This document shows positions 23,425 to 32,620 of a stretch of DNA of 58,360 nt, piece after piece. Below the pieces are notes generated by a model. The model searched no databases and was not told the DNA's origin. It saw only the letters and a program-made list of their open reading frames with translations. How positions within the stretch are numbered: position 1 is the first letter of the stretch; each line of letters starts with the position of its first letter. The position numbers and the translations under genes were made by a program. This stretch comes from Synergistaceae bacterium (GTDB taxonomy: Bacteria > Synergistota > Synergistia > Synergistales > 79-D21), in assembly GCA_012517195.1 (NCBI GenBank), contig JAAYVK010000031.1, positions 1-58,360 on the forward strand. The letters run 5' to 3'.

Positions 23425-25905
23425 ATGCCATATGATTTTGAACGCGTTGAGAGAAAGTGGCAGCAATATTGGGCAGAAAACAGGGTTTTCGACGTCGAAC
23501 GGGATCCTGGAAAACCCAAATTCTATTGCCTTGAGATGTTTCCCTACCCCAGCGGAGCCCTGCATATGGGGCACCTGAGGAACTATTCGATCGGTGACCT
23601 CCTGAGCCGCTACCTCTGGATGAAAGGCTGGAACGTGCTGCACCCCATGGGCTTCGATGCCTTCGGACTCCCCGCGGAGAACGCTGCGCTGAAATACGGC
23701 GTCCACCCCAAGAAGTGGACCTGGGACAACATCGAGCACATGACCGCCCAGCTCAAATCGATGGGATGCAGTTATGACTGGAGACGAAGGGTCGAAACAT
23801 GCGCCCCCGAGTACTATCGGTGGACGCAGTGGATTTTCCTCCTCTTCCTGAAAAACGGCCTTGCCTACCGCAAACACGCGCCGGTCAACTGGTGCGAGAG
23901 CTGCCAGACCGTTCTGGCGAACGAGCAGGTGATTGACGGAGGGCATTGCTGGCGATGCGGCAGCGTCGTCACGAAAAGGAAACTGGAGCAATGGTTCCTC
24001 AATATAACCCGTTACGCGCAGGAACTGCTTGATTCTCTGGACAGCCTGGCGGGCTGGCCCGAAAGGGTCAAACTCATGCAGCGCAACTGGATTGGCAGAT
24101 CGGAAGGCGTCCGGCTGACCTTCCCCGTGGAAGGGCTGGAAAAGGGCCTTGAAACCTTTACCACCCGGTTCGACACGATCTATGGGGTCACGTTCCTGGC
24201 CCTAGCCCCCGAGCATCCGATGGTGGAAGAGTTCGCCCGGTTGAGCCCAAACGGGGAACAAATCCGGGCTTTCGTGAAGGAAACGGTTCAGAAGAGCGAA
24301 ATCGAACGGACGGCCGTCGGGGGGGAAAAGAAAGGCGTCGACACGGGCTTCAAGGCGATCAACCCCGTCAACGGAGAAAAGGTTCCCATCTGGGTTTCCA
24401 ATTATATCCTGATCGAATACGGAACCGGGGCGATCATGGGCGTTCCGGCCCATGACCAGCGGGACTTCGAGTTTGCCCGCAAATACGGTATCCCGATTCG
24501 CCTTGTCATCCAGCCTGAAGTTGGGGCGCTCGAGCCTGAGACCATGTCCCATGCCTTTGAAGAAGAAGGGATCCAGTGCAATTCGGCCGGTTTCGACGGC
24601 CTCCCCACGCGGGAAAGCATCCCCCGGATGGCCCGGTGGGCGGAAGAGACCGGTATCGGAAAGCGGGAGGTCAATTACCGGCTTCGCGACTGGCTCATTT
24701 CACGGCAGCGCTACTGGGGAGCGCCGATCCCCGTGGTCTATTGCGAAAAGTGCGGTATCGTTCCCATCCCGGAAGAACAGCTGCCGGTCCTTCTACCGGA
24801 TGTACAGGTTCTTCCGGGTGGGAAAAGCCCTCTGCCGGAAACCCCCGAGTGGGTCAACACGACCTGCCCGGCCTGCGGCGGCCCGGCAAGGAGAGAGACC
24901 GACACCATGGACACCTTTATCTGCTCGTCGTGGTATTTCCTCCGGTTCACCTCTCCCTGGACACAGGACGGCCCCTTCAGGGGGGAGGACGTCAACTACT
25001 GGATGCCGGTTGACCAGTACATCGGAGGCATCGAGCATGCCTGCCTGCACCTGATTTATGCGCGCTTTTTCACGAAAGTCCTTTCGGATCTGGGATATGT
25101 CGAGGTTCGAGAACCGTTCACGAACCTTTTGACCCAGGGCATGGTTATCAAGGACGGATCGAAGATGTCCAAGTCAAAGGGAAACGTGGTGGACCCGGAC
25201 GAGATCATTCGCAAGTACGGGGCTGACACCGCCCGCCTTTTCATCCTTTTTGCGGCGCCTCCCGACAAGGACCTGGACTGGTCGGAGAAGGGCGTCGAAG
25301 GAGCTCACCGCTTCCTCAAACGGGTCTGGCGACTTGTGGAAGAGGGAGGAGCCCGTTTGAAGGAGGCCCCGCGCCGCAGGATCCCGCTGGCTGAAATTGA
25401 GGAAAGAAGCCGTCGCGAGCTCAAGCGGAGGATCCACAGCACGATCGAAAACGTCGGCAGGGACATCGAGAAGGAGCGGCAGTTCAACACGGCCGTCGCA
25501 AGGCTGATGGAACTGAGCAACGATCTTTCCGACTTTGTCCCGGAAACGGACCAGGACTGGATCCTTTACCGTGAGGGCATCGAAACGCTCCTGCTTTGCC
25601 TTTCCCCCTTCACTCCCCATCTTTGCGAAGAGCTCTGGGAAATGCTGGGGAACCGGGGGTGTTTGGCTACGGCCGCCTGGCCAGAAGTTGAGGCCGATTG
25701 CCTGGAGGCGGAGTCCGTGACGATCGTCATGCAGGTGAACGGCAAGGTGAGAGAGAAGATTGAGCTCCCAGCCGGTCTTTCGGAGGAACAGCTGAAGGAA
25801 AGGGTCCTTTCCCACGAAGCGGTCAGAAAACGTCTGGAAGGAAAGGAAATCCTGAAGGTCATCGCCGTTTTGGACCGCTTGGTCAATGTGGTGGTGAAGG
25901 GCTAG
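23425..25905 (+). CDS. leuS: Leucyl-tRNA synthetase
   Basis: 826 aa. PYPSGALHMGH is the HIGH motif and KMSKSKGN the KMSKS motif. The N-terminus is the typical MPYDFERVERKWQQYW. Confidence 0.97.
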   Translation: MPYDFERVERKWQQYWAENRVFDVERDPGKPKFYCLEMFPYPSGALHMGHLRNYSIGDLLSRYLWMKGWNVLHPMGFDAFGLPAENAALKYGVHPKKWTWDNIEHMTAQLKSMGCSYDWRRRVETCAPEYYRWTQWIFLLFLKNGLAYRKHAPVNWCESCQTVLANEQVIDGGHCWRCGSVVTKRKLEQWFLNITRYAQELLDSLDSLAGWPERVKLMQRNWIGRSEGVRLTFPVEGLEKGLETFTTRFDTIYGVTFLALAPEHPMVEEFARLSPNGEQIRAFVKETVQKSEIERTAVGGEKKGVDTGFKAINPVNGEKVPIWVSNYILIEYGTGAIMGVPAHDQRDFEFARKYGIPIRLVIQPEVGALEPETMSHAFEEEGIQCNSAGFDGLPTRESIPRMARWAEETGIGKREVNYRLRDWLISRQRYWGAPIPVVYCEKCGIVPIPEEQLPVLLPDVQVLPGGKSPLPETPEWVNTTCPACGGPARRETDTMDTFICSSWYFLRFTSPWTQDGPFRGEDVNYWMPVDQYIGGIEHACLHLIYARFFTKVLSDLGYVEVREPFTNLLTQGMVIKDGSKMSKSKGNVVDPDEIIRKYGADTARLFILFAAPPDKDLDWSEKGVEGAHRFLKRVWRLVEEGGARLKEAPRRRIPLAEIEERSRRELKRRIHSTIENVGRDIEKERQFNTAVARLMELSNDLSDFVPETDQDWILYREGIETLLLCLSPFTPHLCEELWEMLGNRGCLATAAWPEVEADCLEAESVTIVMQVNGKVREKIELPAGLSEEQLKERVLSHEAVRKRLEGKEILKVIAVLDRLVNVVVKG

Positions 25906-26855
25906 TGCCCCACCTGATCGTAGCGGGCGCCGCTGGGACAACCCAGCGGCGCCTGGTTTCGGAAACGGTTCGCCGGGAGCGGGAGATCGGGTATCCTCTT
26001 GCAGCGAGAAGGGAAGGGGGGGACTGGAAGGAACTCCTCTCGGCGGAAAACTGCGGCGGTCTCTTCGACGCCCGCAGGCTTGTCCTGGTCGAAGAGGCTC
26101 AGCAGCTGGGGAAGTTCCCGATCGGGCTGGAATCCCTTCTCGAGGATGCCTCTTCTGCCACGCATCTCCTTTTGGTTTATGACGAAGATCCGAAGGCGGT
26201 ATTCCCGAAGGAAGCCCATTCGAGGATCACCTGGCTCAAGGGAGAGGAAATCCCGCGGTTTGGGGCGGCAAGAAGGCGATGGGCCGAAGAGAGGGCCTCG
26301 GAAATGGGCATCCGTCTCTCAACAGAGGCCATGGGCCTTCTCCTTGAGTCGGTGGAGGATCCTGAAGAACTCCTTTCTGAGCTTGCGAAACTGGCAATCG
26401 CGGCGGACGGCCGCCGGATCGAAGTCGAGGAAATCCGTACCCTTTGCTTCGATGAAGGGGAAAAGGCGCTTCTTTCCCTGTTGGACGGTTTGTGCGAAGC
26501 GGACAGGAGCAAGGTCGCGTCAGTTCTGCCGCATGTGAAGAGAAGGGATCTGATACCAGTCCTTGCGGCCCTTCACAATCGTTTCCGCCTGGCCTTCTAC
26601 CGGTCAGTCTTCAAGGCTCCCCGTCTTCTGAAAATCGCCAGCGAGGCCCTGAAAGCGAGACCCTACCAGGAAAGACAGGCGGCTGAAGCCGTGCGTCACT
26701 ACGGCAGGGAGAAGATGGCTCATTTCCTGAAACAGCTCTGCGGGATCAACATGGGAGAAAAGACGGGCAACCGAAACGGCTGGATCGAGCTGGAGCTTGC
26801 AATTCTTGGCCTTCTTGCGGACAGCAAGCCGGCAGAGAGAGAGGAAAGGCGATGA
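25905..26855 (+). CDS. holA: DNA polymerase III delta subunit
   Basis: 316 aa in the usual leuS-holA synteny. ...LFDARRLVLVEEAQQL... and a helical C-terminal region are typical of HolA. GTG start overlaps the leuS stop. Confidence 0.75.
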   Translation: MPHLIVAGAAGTTQRRLVSETVRREREIGYPLAARREGGDWKELLSAENCGGLFDARRLVLVEEAQQLGKFPIGLESLLEDASSATHLLLVYDEDPKAVFPKEAHSRITWLKGEEIPRFGAARRRWAEERASEMGIRLSTEAMGLLLESVEDPEELLSELAKLAIAADGRRIEVEEIRTLCFDEGEKALLSLLDGLCEADRSKVASVLPHVKRRDLIPVLAALHNRFRLAFYRSVFKAPRLLKIASEALKARPYQERQAAEAVRHYGREKMAHFLKQLCGINMGEKTGNRNGWIELELAILGLLADSKPAEREERR

Positions 26856-26884
26856 AAGCCGCCGCTTAGGCGTCGGCTTTCATC
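26851..26884. terminator. Shared hairpin between convergent holA and rpsT
   Basis: Perfect 11-bp stem gatgaaagccg/cggctttcatc with a 12-nt loop. It contains both stop codons. There is no clear T-tract. Confidence 0.4.
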
Positions 26885-27141
26885 GCTTCTTTTGCTTTCA
26901 GGGTCAGAGCGGACTTGCGTCTTGCAACCGTGTTCGGATGGAGCACCCCCTTACCGGCGGCTTTGTCCAACACTGACTGGGCTTCATCCAGGCGGGCCCT
27001 GATGATCTGCGGGTCTTTGCCCTCAAGGCTTTCCAGAAGCCTCTTCGCGGCAGTTTTGCAACGACTCTTCCAGAACCGGTTGTAGAGTCGGTTTCTTTCC
27101 GAAATTCGGACTCTCTTTTCAGCGGACTTCTTGTTCGGCAC
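26866..27141 (-). CDS. rpsT: 30S ribosomal protein S20
   Basis: (M)PNKKSAEKRVRISERNRLYNRFWKSRCKTAAKR.... GTG start at 27141 with GAGGAGGTG upstream. Confidence 0.93.
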   Translation of the reverse strand: MPNKKSAEKRVRISERNRLYNRFWKSRCKTAAKRLLESLEGKDPQIIRARLDEAQSVLDKAAGKGVLHPNTVARRKSALTLKAKEAMKADA

Positions 27142-27280
27142 TCGGTTCACCTCCTCCCGTAAAGCAAAGCAAATTCTAGCATGCCCGAGTCTACCGGGCA
27201 AGGAGAAGAAAATTACAGTCCCCGTGAAGTCGTATTATACAATACCGGAAGGTTTTTTTCGCGGAGAAGAGGCGGGATCA

Positions 27281-28207
27281 ATGGAAATGCCGCAGCGGGG
27301 CCAAAGAATGAAGAGCGGAAGGGGATTGGTGACAGCCGGACTGCTGATTCTCTCCGTCGCGGGTTTTTTCGCCGAAAACCGGGGGATTGCCTTGGGGAAG
27401 CTGCTGTGGCTTGCCGGGGGGTCCGGGATCGTGGGGCTCATGACGAACGTCCTTGCGGTGAGGATGATTTTCCATAAGGTCTGCCTTCGTTTTGGTGCGA
27501 GGCAGTGGATCCTGCCTGGAAGCGGCCTGGTGACGCGGAATCAGGAGAAGATCCTGGAAACGCTTGCCCAGGAGCTGAGGGAGAGGCTTTTGACTCAGGA
27601 GACCCTCGAACGGGCGGTTTCGGAAGGGAAGCTCCTGGAAAAGACAGGGGGCACCTTCCGAAAAGAGGTCCGGAGGCTTTTCCTCAGAAGGTCGAACCTC
27701 CGGAAGATGGCGAGCGCGGTTGAGGGTCCACTCCAGCGGCTGCTGCTCGGACCGGAAACCGAGAGATTTGTCCGCCTCCAGGTAGAAAAAGCGCTTCAGG
27801 ACAGCCTGCTTCTCGGTATGGCAGGAAAGCTGGGGCTCCTGAAAAGCGAGAAGGTTGCAGAATGGATCCTTCGCTCCGCTTCGGAAAGCCTGAACCGGTC
27901 CCTTTTGACCGAAGCGGGGCTGCGGGTGACACAAAGGAAACTGGCGTTTTTGCTGGAAAACGCAGGCCGCCTTGGGGACGCGGAAATCCTCGAGCTGGTC
28001 AAGGACAGCTTGGAGAGGCTCCTGATCCGGATGCTCAGAGAGATCGATCTCGGCGAACTCGCGAAAAGATCCTTGAGGCAAGCGACTCCAGAGCAGCTTG
28101 AGGATTACCTGGAAGCGCTGGCCAGGAAATACCTTGACTGGATCGAAATCTGGGGGGGGCTCATGGGAGCCGCCCTCGGCCTGATCCTGTGGCTTTTGTC
28201 AAAATGA
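27281..28207 (+). CDS. DUF445-family membrane protein
   Basis: N-terminal TM segments (LVTAGLLILSVAGFF; LLWLAGGSGIVGLMTNVLAVRMIF), a long helical middle and a C-terminal ...YLDWIEIWGGLMGAALGLILWLL, as in DUF445/YjiN-like proteins. Alternative starts lie at 27287 and 27308. Confidence 0.65.
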   Translation: MEMPQRGQRMKSGRGLVTAGLLILSVAGFFAENRGIALGKLLWLAGGSGIVGLMTNVLAVRMIFHKVCLRFGARQWILPGSGLVTRNQEKILETLAQELRERLLTQETLERAVSEGKLLEKTGGTFRKEVRRLFLRRSNLRKMASAVEGPLQRLLLGPETERFVRLQVEKALQDSLLLGMAGKLGLLKSEKVAEWILRSASESLNRSLLTEAGLRVTQRKLAFLLENAGRLGDAEILELVKDSLERLLIRMLREIDLGELAKRSLRQATPEQLEDYLEALARKYLDWIEIWGGLMGAALGLILWLLSK

Positions 28208-30123
28208 CCGCTCACCCGATGGAAGCGTATTTCCGTGAGGGCGGAATCCTCTCGGAGATGCAGGGCTTCGAGTTCCGTCCGCAACAGCTTGAGATCGCCG
28301 TGAAAGTCTGGGACCTGCTTCACTCGGGAAACGCAGACACGATGGCCATCGAGGCCCCCACGGGGATAGGGAAAAGTTTTGCACTCCTTGTCCCGTCCCT
28401 TCTATGGGCGGCGGAAGCCGACAGGACGGTGCTTTTGCTGACGGCGGGACACGCTCTGCAGGGACAGCTGATGACCAAAGACCTCCCCCTCCTGGAAGGG
28501 TTTCTTCGACGCCCTTTCCGGTTCGGTACCCTGAAAGGGCGGAACAATTATCTTTGCCTAAGAAGGTGCGCCGAACTTGAAAGGGGAGGATTTCTTGCCT
28601 TCGGGGATACGGGGGAGACTTCAGAGAAAGTCCTTCAGTGGAGCAGGGAAAGCGCGACGGGGGACCTGTCGGAACTCGAGCTCCCTGAAACCCATCCGGT
28701 TCTGGAATTGGTCGCGGCAACCCGGGAAGGGTGTCTGGGAAGACTTTGCCCGCTGAAAGGGGAGTGCTTTCTCCAGCGTCTGTATCTTCAGGCGCAAGAC
28801 TGGCATCTGATCGTCACCAATTACCACCTTTTCTTTTCCCACCTGGACGGCGGGAGAAGGCCTTTCCCCGTCCCCTTCGATGCCCTGCTCTGTGATGAGG
28901 CGCACCGCATTCCCGAAGCCGCACGTTCATCCGCAACGAGGGCCGCATCGCCGGAGCGGTTCCGCAAGATGTTTTCGGCAAGGCACCTTTCCAGCCTCAT
29001 CCAAGCTTTCCGATGCCTGAAAATCCCCGATGAGAAACTGGAATCGGGGTGGCAGCGGGCAGCCCAGGGGGTGGAACGCCTCTTCAGCCGGCTTGCCCTG
29101 CTGTCAAGAGAAGAAGGCGTGTTCACAAAACCCTTGTCTGACCTCCGCCACGACCTGGAAGATTGCGTGGAGTCCCTTGTGGCGGAAGTGGAACGGTTTC
29201 TTGCCAGGATGATGGAAGACGGGGAGGCTCCCGACGCCGCTGAAGGATTCGCGGTCGCATCCCAGCTCGTTGAGGCGCTTGAGGACCTTCGATGGTGCCT
29301 TGATGTTGTGGACTATCCGCGCTGGGCGACCTGGTGGGACGGCGCCCAGATTCAGAGCACCCCGGTACTGGCGGCTTCCCCCGTTCGAGAGGCTCTTTCT
29401 TCCCTGGAGGGAGTCCCCATCGTCTGCACTTCGGCAACTTTGACGGTAGGGGGAGATTTTGGCTTTTGGGAAAGGGAAAGCGGGATTTCACCCGCTGAAA
29501 CCCTTATTCTTGATTCGCCCTTCGATCTGCCTGCGCAGATGTCGATCTGGGTGATCGATCTTGGACAGAGGGTGACGGAAAAAGGGTACGATGCAACGGC
29601 AAGCCGGGTTATTGAAAAGCTTTGCGACCTGAACGGGGGAAGGACCCTCGTCCTATGCAGCTCGATGCGTCTGCTGAGGTCTGTCTCGGCGAGGCTGAAG
29701 ACGAAGGAAAGAGGGTACCGTCTCCTCTTTCAGGGGGAAGCCCCAAAGGAGGAACTGCTCGAGGAATTCCGCAGCGATGAAACCTCGGTTCTTGTAGGAA
29801 GCCTCTCTTTCCGGGAGGGGATCGATATCCCGGGAGACGGGCTGACGCAGGTGATCCTGGATCGCATCCCCTTCCCCCATCCGGCGGATCCCCTCGTGAG
29901 AGCCAGGCGTGACCTGGAGGGCAAGGATACATTCCTGCGGAGCACTCTCCCGATGAGCCGCCTTTTGCTCAGGCAGGCTTTCGGACGCCTCATACGGAGG
30001 AAGACCGATGCCGGAAGGGTTGCGATCCTGGATGGGAGAGCCCTCCAGCGGGAGGATTGGGGAATTTTCCAGGATTTTCGGGGAGTGCCGATCAAAAGAG
30101 TCCGCCTGGTTCAGACTCCTTGA
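28204..30123 (+). CDS. dinG: DinG/Rad3-family ATP-dependent DNA helicase
   Basis: [18 protein letters not shown] is Walker A and LLCDEAHR is the DEAH box. The Cys cluster CLRRC...[12 protein letters not shown] fits the Fe-S domain. The C-terminal helicase motifs include [16 protein letters not shown] overlap with the DUF445 stop. Confidence 0.88.
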   Translation: MTAHPMEAYFREGGILSEMQGFEFRPQQLEIAVKVWDLLHSGNADTMAIEAPTGIGKSFALLVPSLLWAAEADRTVLLLTAGHALQGQLMTKDLPLLEGFLRRPFRFGTLKGRNNYLCLRRCAELERGGFLAFGDTGETSEKVLQWSRESATGDLSELELPETHPVLELVAATREGCLGRLCPLKGECFLQRLYLQAQDWHLIVTNYHLFFSHLDGGRRPFPVPFDALLCDEAHRIPEAARSSATRAASPERFRKMFSARHLSSLIQAFRCLKIPDEKLESGWQRAAQGVERLFSRLALLSREEGVFTKPLSDLRHDLEDCVESLVAEVERFLARMMEDGEAPDAAEGFAVASQLVEALEDLRWCLDVVDYPRWATWWDGAQIQSTPVLAASPVREALSSLEGVPIVCTSATLTVGGDFGFWERESGISPAETLILDSPFDLPAQMSIWVIDLGQRVTEKGYDATASRVIEKLCDLNGGRTLVLCSSMRLLRSVSARLKTKERGYRLLFQGEAPKEELLEEFRSDETSVLVGSLSFREGIDIPGDGLTQVILDRIPFPHPADPLVRARRDLEGKDTFLRSTLPMSRLLLRQAFGRLIRRKTDAGRVAILDGRALQREDWGIFQDFRGVPIKRVRLVQTP

Positions 30124-30149
30124 TAGCCTTCCGCAGCCTGTGTTATAGT
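30120..30149 (+). promoter_or_regulatory. Sigma-70-type promoter of the rpmH-rnpA-yidD-yidC-jag operon
   Basis: TTGATA-18 nt-TATAGT. The -35 overlaps the dinG stop. Confidence 0.55.
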
Positions 30150-30215
30150 ATCAAGGCTGCCGAACAAGTCTATTTAATCTTCTTAAGATTTTTGAACAGC
30201 AAGGGGGTGTCGTCA

Positions 30216-30350
30216 ATGAAGCGGACTTTTCAACCCCATAAAACGCGCCGCAAGCGGACAATGGGTTTTCTCGTGCGCTCCAGTTCTCCGACTGGGCGCC
30301 GCGTCATCCGCAACAGGAGACGCAAGGGGCGCAAGCGCCTCGCAGTCTAG
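30216..30350 (+). CDS. rpmH: 50S ribosomal protein L34
   Basis: [44 protein letters not shown], 44 aa, canonical L34. Confidence 0.97.
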   Translation: MKRTFQPHKTRRKRTMGFLVRSSSPTGRRVIRNRRRKGRKRLAV

Positions 30351-30779
30351 ATGGATCGTCTTTTCGGGTTCCCAGCCGACTTCCGGTTGAAAAAGGGGTG
30401 GGAATTTGATCGGGTCTTCCGCACCGGCCGACGCGTCAAAGGAGAGCTGGTGCGGTTGCTGTTTCTGGACACGGGCGAGGGGCCCCCTCGATTGGGGGCT
30501 GCTGTCGGGAAGCGGCAGGGGGCTTCCGTGGTCCGCAACCGCGGAAGGAGAATCCTTCGGGAAGCTTTCCGAACCTGCAGGCCCTGGTTAAAAGAAGGAA
30601 TCTGGATCGTTGCCATGCTGAGATCCGCAGGGCTTTGCGCGGGAGCGGGGGAAATCTACGAGGACCTGGTTCGCCTCCTTGAGAGGGAAGGCCTGTTGCG
30701 TCCCGGGTTTCCCATTCACTTCCCGCCGAACGGCAAAACGAACGATGAAGAGATCGGTACCGGCGGCGCTCGCGCTTAG
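30351..30779 (+). CDS. rnpA: Ribonuclease P protein component
   Basis: It immediately follows rpmH. ...[28 protein letters not shown]...[24 protein letters not shown] contains the RNR motif. Confidence 0.9.
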   Translation: MDRLFGFPADFRLKKGWEFDRVFRTGRRVKGELVRLLFLDTGEGPPRLGAAVGKRQGASVVRNRGRRILREAFRTCRPWLKEGIWIVAMLRSAGLCAGAGEIYEDLVRLLEREGLLRPGFPIHFPPNGKTNDEEIGTGGARA

Positions 30780-31008
30780 CCTGATCCGGTTCTATCAGCG
30801 TTTCATCTCTCCTCTGCTGGGGAAGAACTGCCGCTTTCTACCGACCTGTTCGGCCTATGCCTTTGAGGCGATTGAACGCTATGGTTTCCTGCGCGGGGTC
30901 TACCTCGGAATCCGCCGCATCCTTCGATGCGGTCCATGGTGTGCGGGGGGGTACGATCCCGTTCCCGACCTGGAAAAGAAAAAGCGCGCCAAAGAATTCG
31001 AAGACTGA
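30745..31008 (+). CDS. yidD: Membrane protein insertion efficiency factor YidD
   Basis: [51 protein letters not shown]...[14 protein letters not shown]. Confidence 0.93.
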   Translation: MKRSVPAALALSLIRFYQRFISPLLGKNCRFLPTCSAYAFEAIERYGFLRGVYLGIRRILRCGPWCAGGYDPVPDLEKKKRAKEFED

Positions 31009-31020
31009 ACCAGAGGGACG

Positions 31021-31815
31021 GTGAACCGTTTGGGTACTTTATGGAACCAGGCAGGCGAACTGCTGCTAAAGATCCTGAACCTGTTTTACGGGCTGACCCA
31101 CTCCTACGGAATCGCAATCATCCTGCTCACGATCCTCGTGAGGGTTGTCCTTCATCCCCTGAACCAGAAACAGCTGGTCAGCATGCAGAAAATGCAGAAG
31201 ATCCAGCCAAGAATCAAAACCCTGCAGGAGAAGTACGGACACGACAAACAGAAACTGAACGAGGAAACAATGAAGCTTTATAAGGAGAACCAGGTGAACC
31301 CTGCGGCGGGTTGCCTGCCCCTCCTTGTCCAATTGCCCATTCTGATTTTGCTTTTCAGGGTTCTCACGAACTTCAAGTTCGGTGGAGTGTCGTTTCTGGG
31401 AGTGGGACTCGAGGAATCCGTTCTCTCCACGATGGGCAAGGCCGTCGGGTTAACCGGAAAGACGCCCGGTATCACGGCGCTCCTGACCGGGATCGCTGCA
31501 AACCCGTCAGGGCTGATGAATGTGGGGATGTACGGTCCCAACCTGATCCTTCTCGTTTCCATCGGATTTTTAACCTGGTTCCAGCAGAAACTTTCCGCCT
31601 CCAACAACCCGCAGATGGCCTTCATGAACTGGTTCATGCCTGTGTTTTTGACCTTTATCTGCCTGAACCTGCCGGGAGGGGTTCTGCTCTACTGGGGGGT
31701 TTCCTCGCTGTTGAGCGTTGTCCAGCAGTGGCGTGTCGTAAAGACCACCGAACTTGAAATGGAGAAAAAACCGGTTCTGTTTAAGAACAAGCCTACGCGG
31801 GACGGGGATTCGTAA
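31021..31815 (+). CDS. yidC: Membrane protein insertase YidC (short form)
   Basis: ...YGIAIILLTILVRVVLHPLNQKQLVSMQKMQKIQPRIKTLQEKY...NPAAGCLPLLVQLPILILLF...GVLLYWGVSSLLSVVQQ. GTG start. Confidence 0.93.
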   Translation: MNRLGTLWNQAGELLLKILNLFYGLTHSYGIAIILLTILVRVVLHPLNQKQLVSMQKMQKIQPRIKTLQEKYGHDKQKLNEETMKLYKENQVNPAAGCLPLLVQLPILILLFRVLTNFKFGGVSFLGVGLEESVLSTMGKAVGLTGKTPGITALLTGIAANPSGLMNVGMYGPNLILLVSIGFLTWFQQKLSASNNPQMAFMNWFMPVFLTFICLNLPGGVLLYWGVSSLLSVVQQWRVVKTTELEMEKKPVLFKNKPTRDGDS

Positions 31816-31857
31816 GCGGTTGACAGAAAGCCCCAAAAGACGGAAAGGGAAGAAAAG

Positions 31858-32499
31858 ATGGAACGGACCGAACCTCTGGTTGTTGAAACGGATTCGATCG
31901 AAAATGCCGTACTTGACGCAGCCCGAAACTGGAAGATCCTGCCCGAGGATGTGCAGGTACGGATCCTTGAGGAGGGGAAGCGGTTTCTCGGCTTCTTTGC
32001 ACGAAAAACCAGGGTGGAACTGTTTCCTTCTGGAGACCTGGAAATCCTGAAAGCGAAAAGCGTTCTCTCCGGAATCCTGCAGCAAATGGGAATGGATGTT
32101 GAGGTCCGCATGGGCGAGGAAGAGGTGCTGAACATCACGGGGGCGGATGCAGGGATCGTCATCGGCAGGTACGGCGAAACGCTGAAAGCCCTGGAGTACC
32201 TGCTGAACCTGATCTACAGAGAAGGGAGGCCGTCCCGGCCGATCCGGCTCGACAGTGACGGATACAGGGAGAGGCGTGAAGAAAACCTGAAGCGGATCGC
32301 CCTTGCGTCGGCAAGAGAGGCCCTCAGGCGGCGGCGCCCCGTGACGATGGAGCCCATGACGAGCTGGGAGAGAAGGGTTGTCCATCTCGCCCTCAAAGAC
32401 CACCTTGAGGTCGATACCCGCTCGGTGGGGGACGAGCCGCAGCGGCGAGTCGTGATTTGGCCCAGGTCCGGTTCAAGGCAGAAAAACAGGTTGAATTGA
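31858..32499 (+). CDS. jag: RNA-binding protein Jag/KhpB (Jag_N, KH, R3H)
   Basis: The position after yidC is conserved. GADAGIVIGRYGETLKALEYL is the KH GxxG region and ...EPMTSWERRVVHLAL... the R3H region. Confidence 0.88.
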   Translation: MERTEPLVVETDSIENAVLDAARNWKILPEDVQVRILEEGKRFLGFFARKTRVELFPSGDLEILKAKSVLSGILQQMGMDVEVRMGEEEVLNITGADAGIVIGRYGETLKALEYLLNLIYREGRPSRPIRLDSDGYRERREENLKRIALASAREALRRRRPVTMEPMTSWERRVVHLALKDHLEVDTRSVGDEPQRRVVIWPRSGSRQKNRLN

Positions 32500-32538
32500 A
32501 ACGAAGCGGGGCCCCTCAGGCAGGGCCCCGCTTCGTTT
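32499..32538 (+). terminator. Terminator hairpin after jag
   Basis: Perfect 16-bp stem aaacgaagcggggccc/gggccccgcttcgttt with an 8-nt loop. The U-tract is limited to the stem end. Confidence 0.6.
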
Positions 32539-32620
32539 CAGTAAAAAAACCGATCCCTCGCCCGACCTGGTTCGCTAAACTAAAATGGAACGACGAACCG
32601 GAAAGGAGAGGTGAATTCCT

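Noticed and set aside
30124-30215. Replication origin next to rpmH
   Set aside because: I found no TTATCCACA-type DnaA boxes, no dnaA gene and no AT-rich repeats in the flanking spacers. The region looks like an ordinary promoter.
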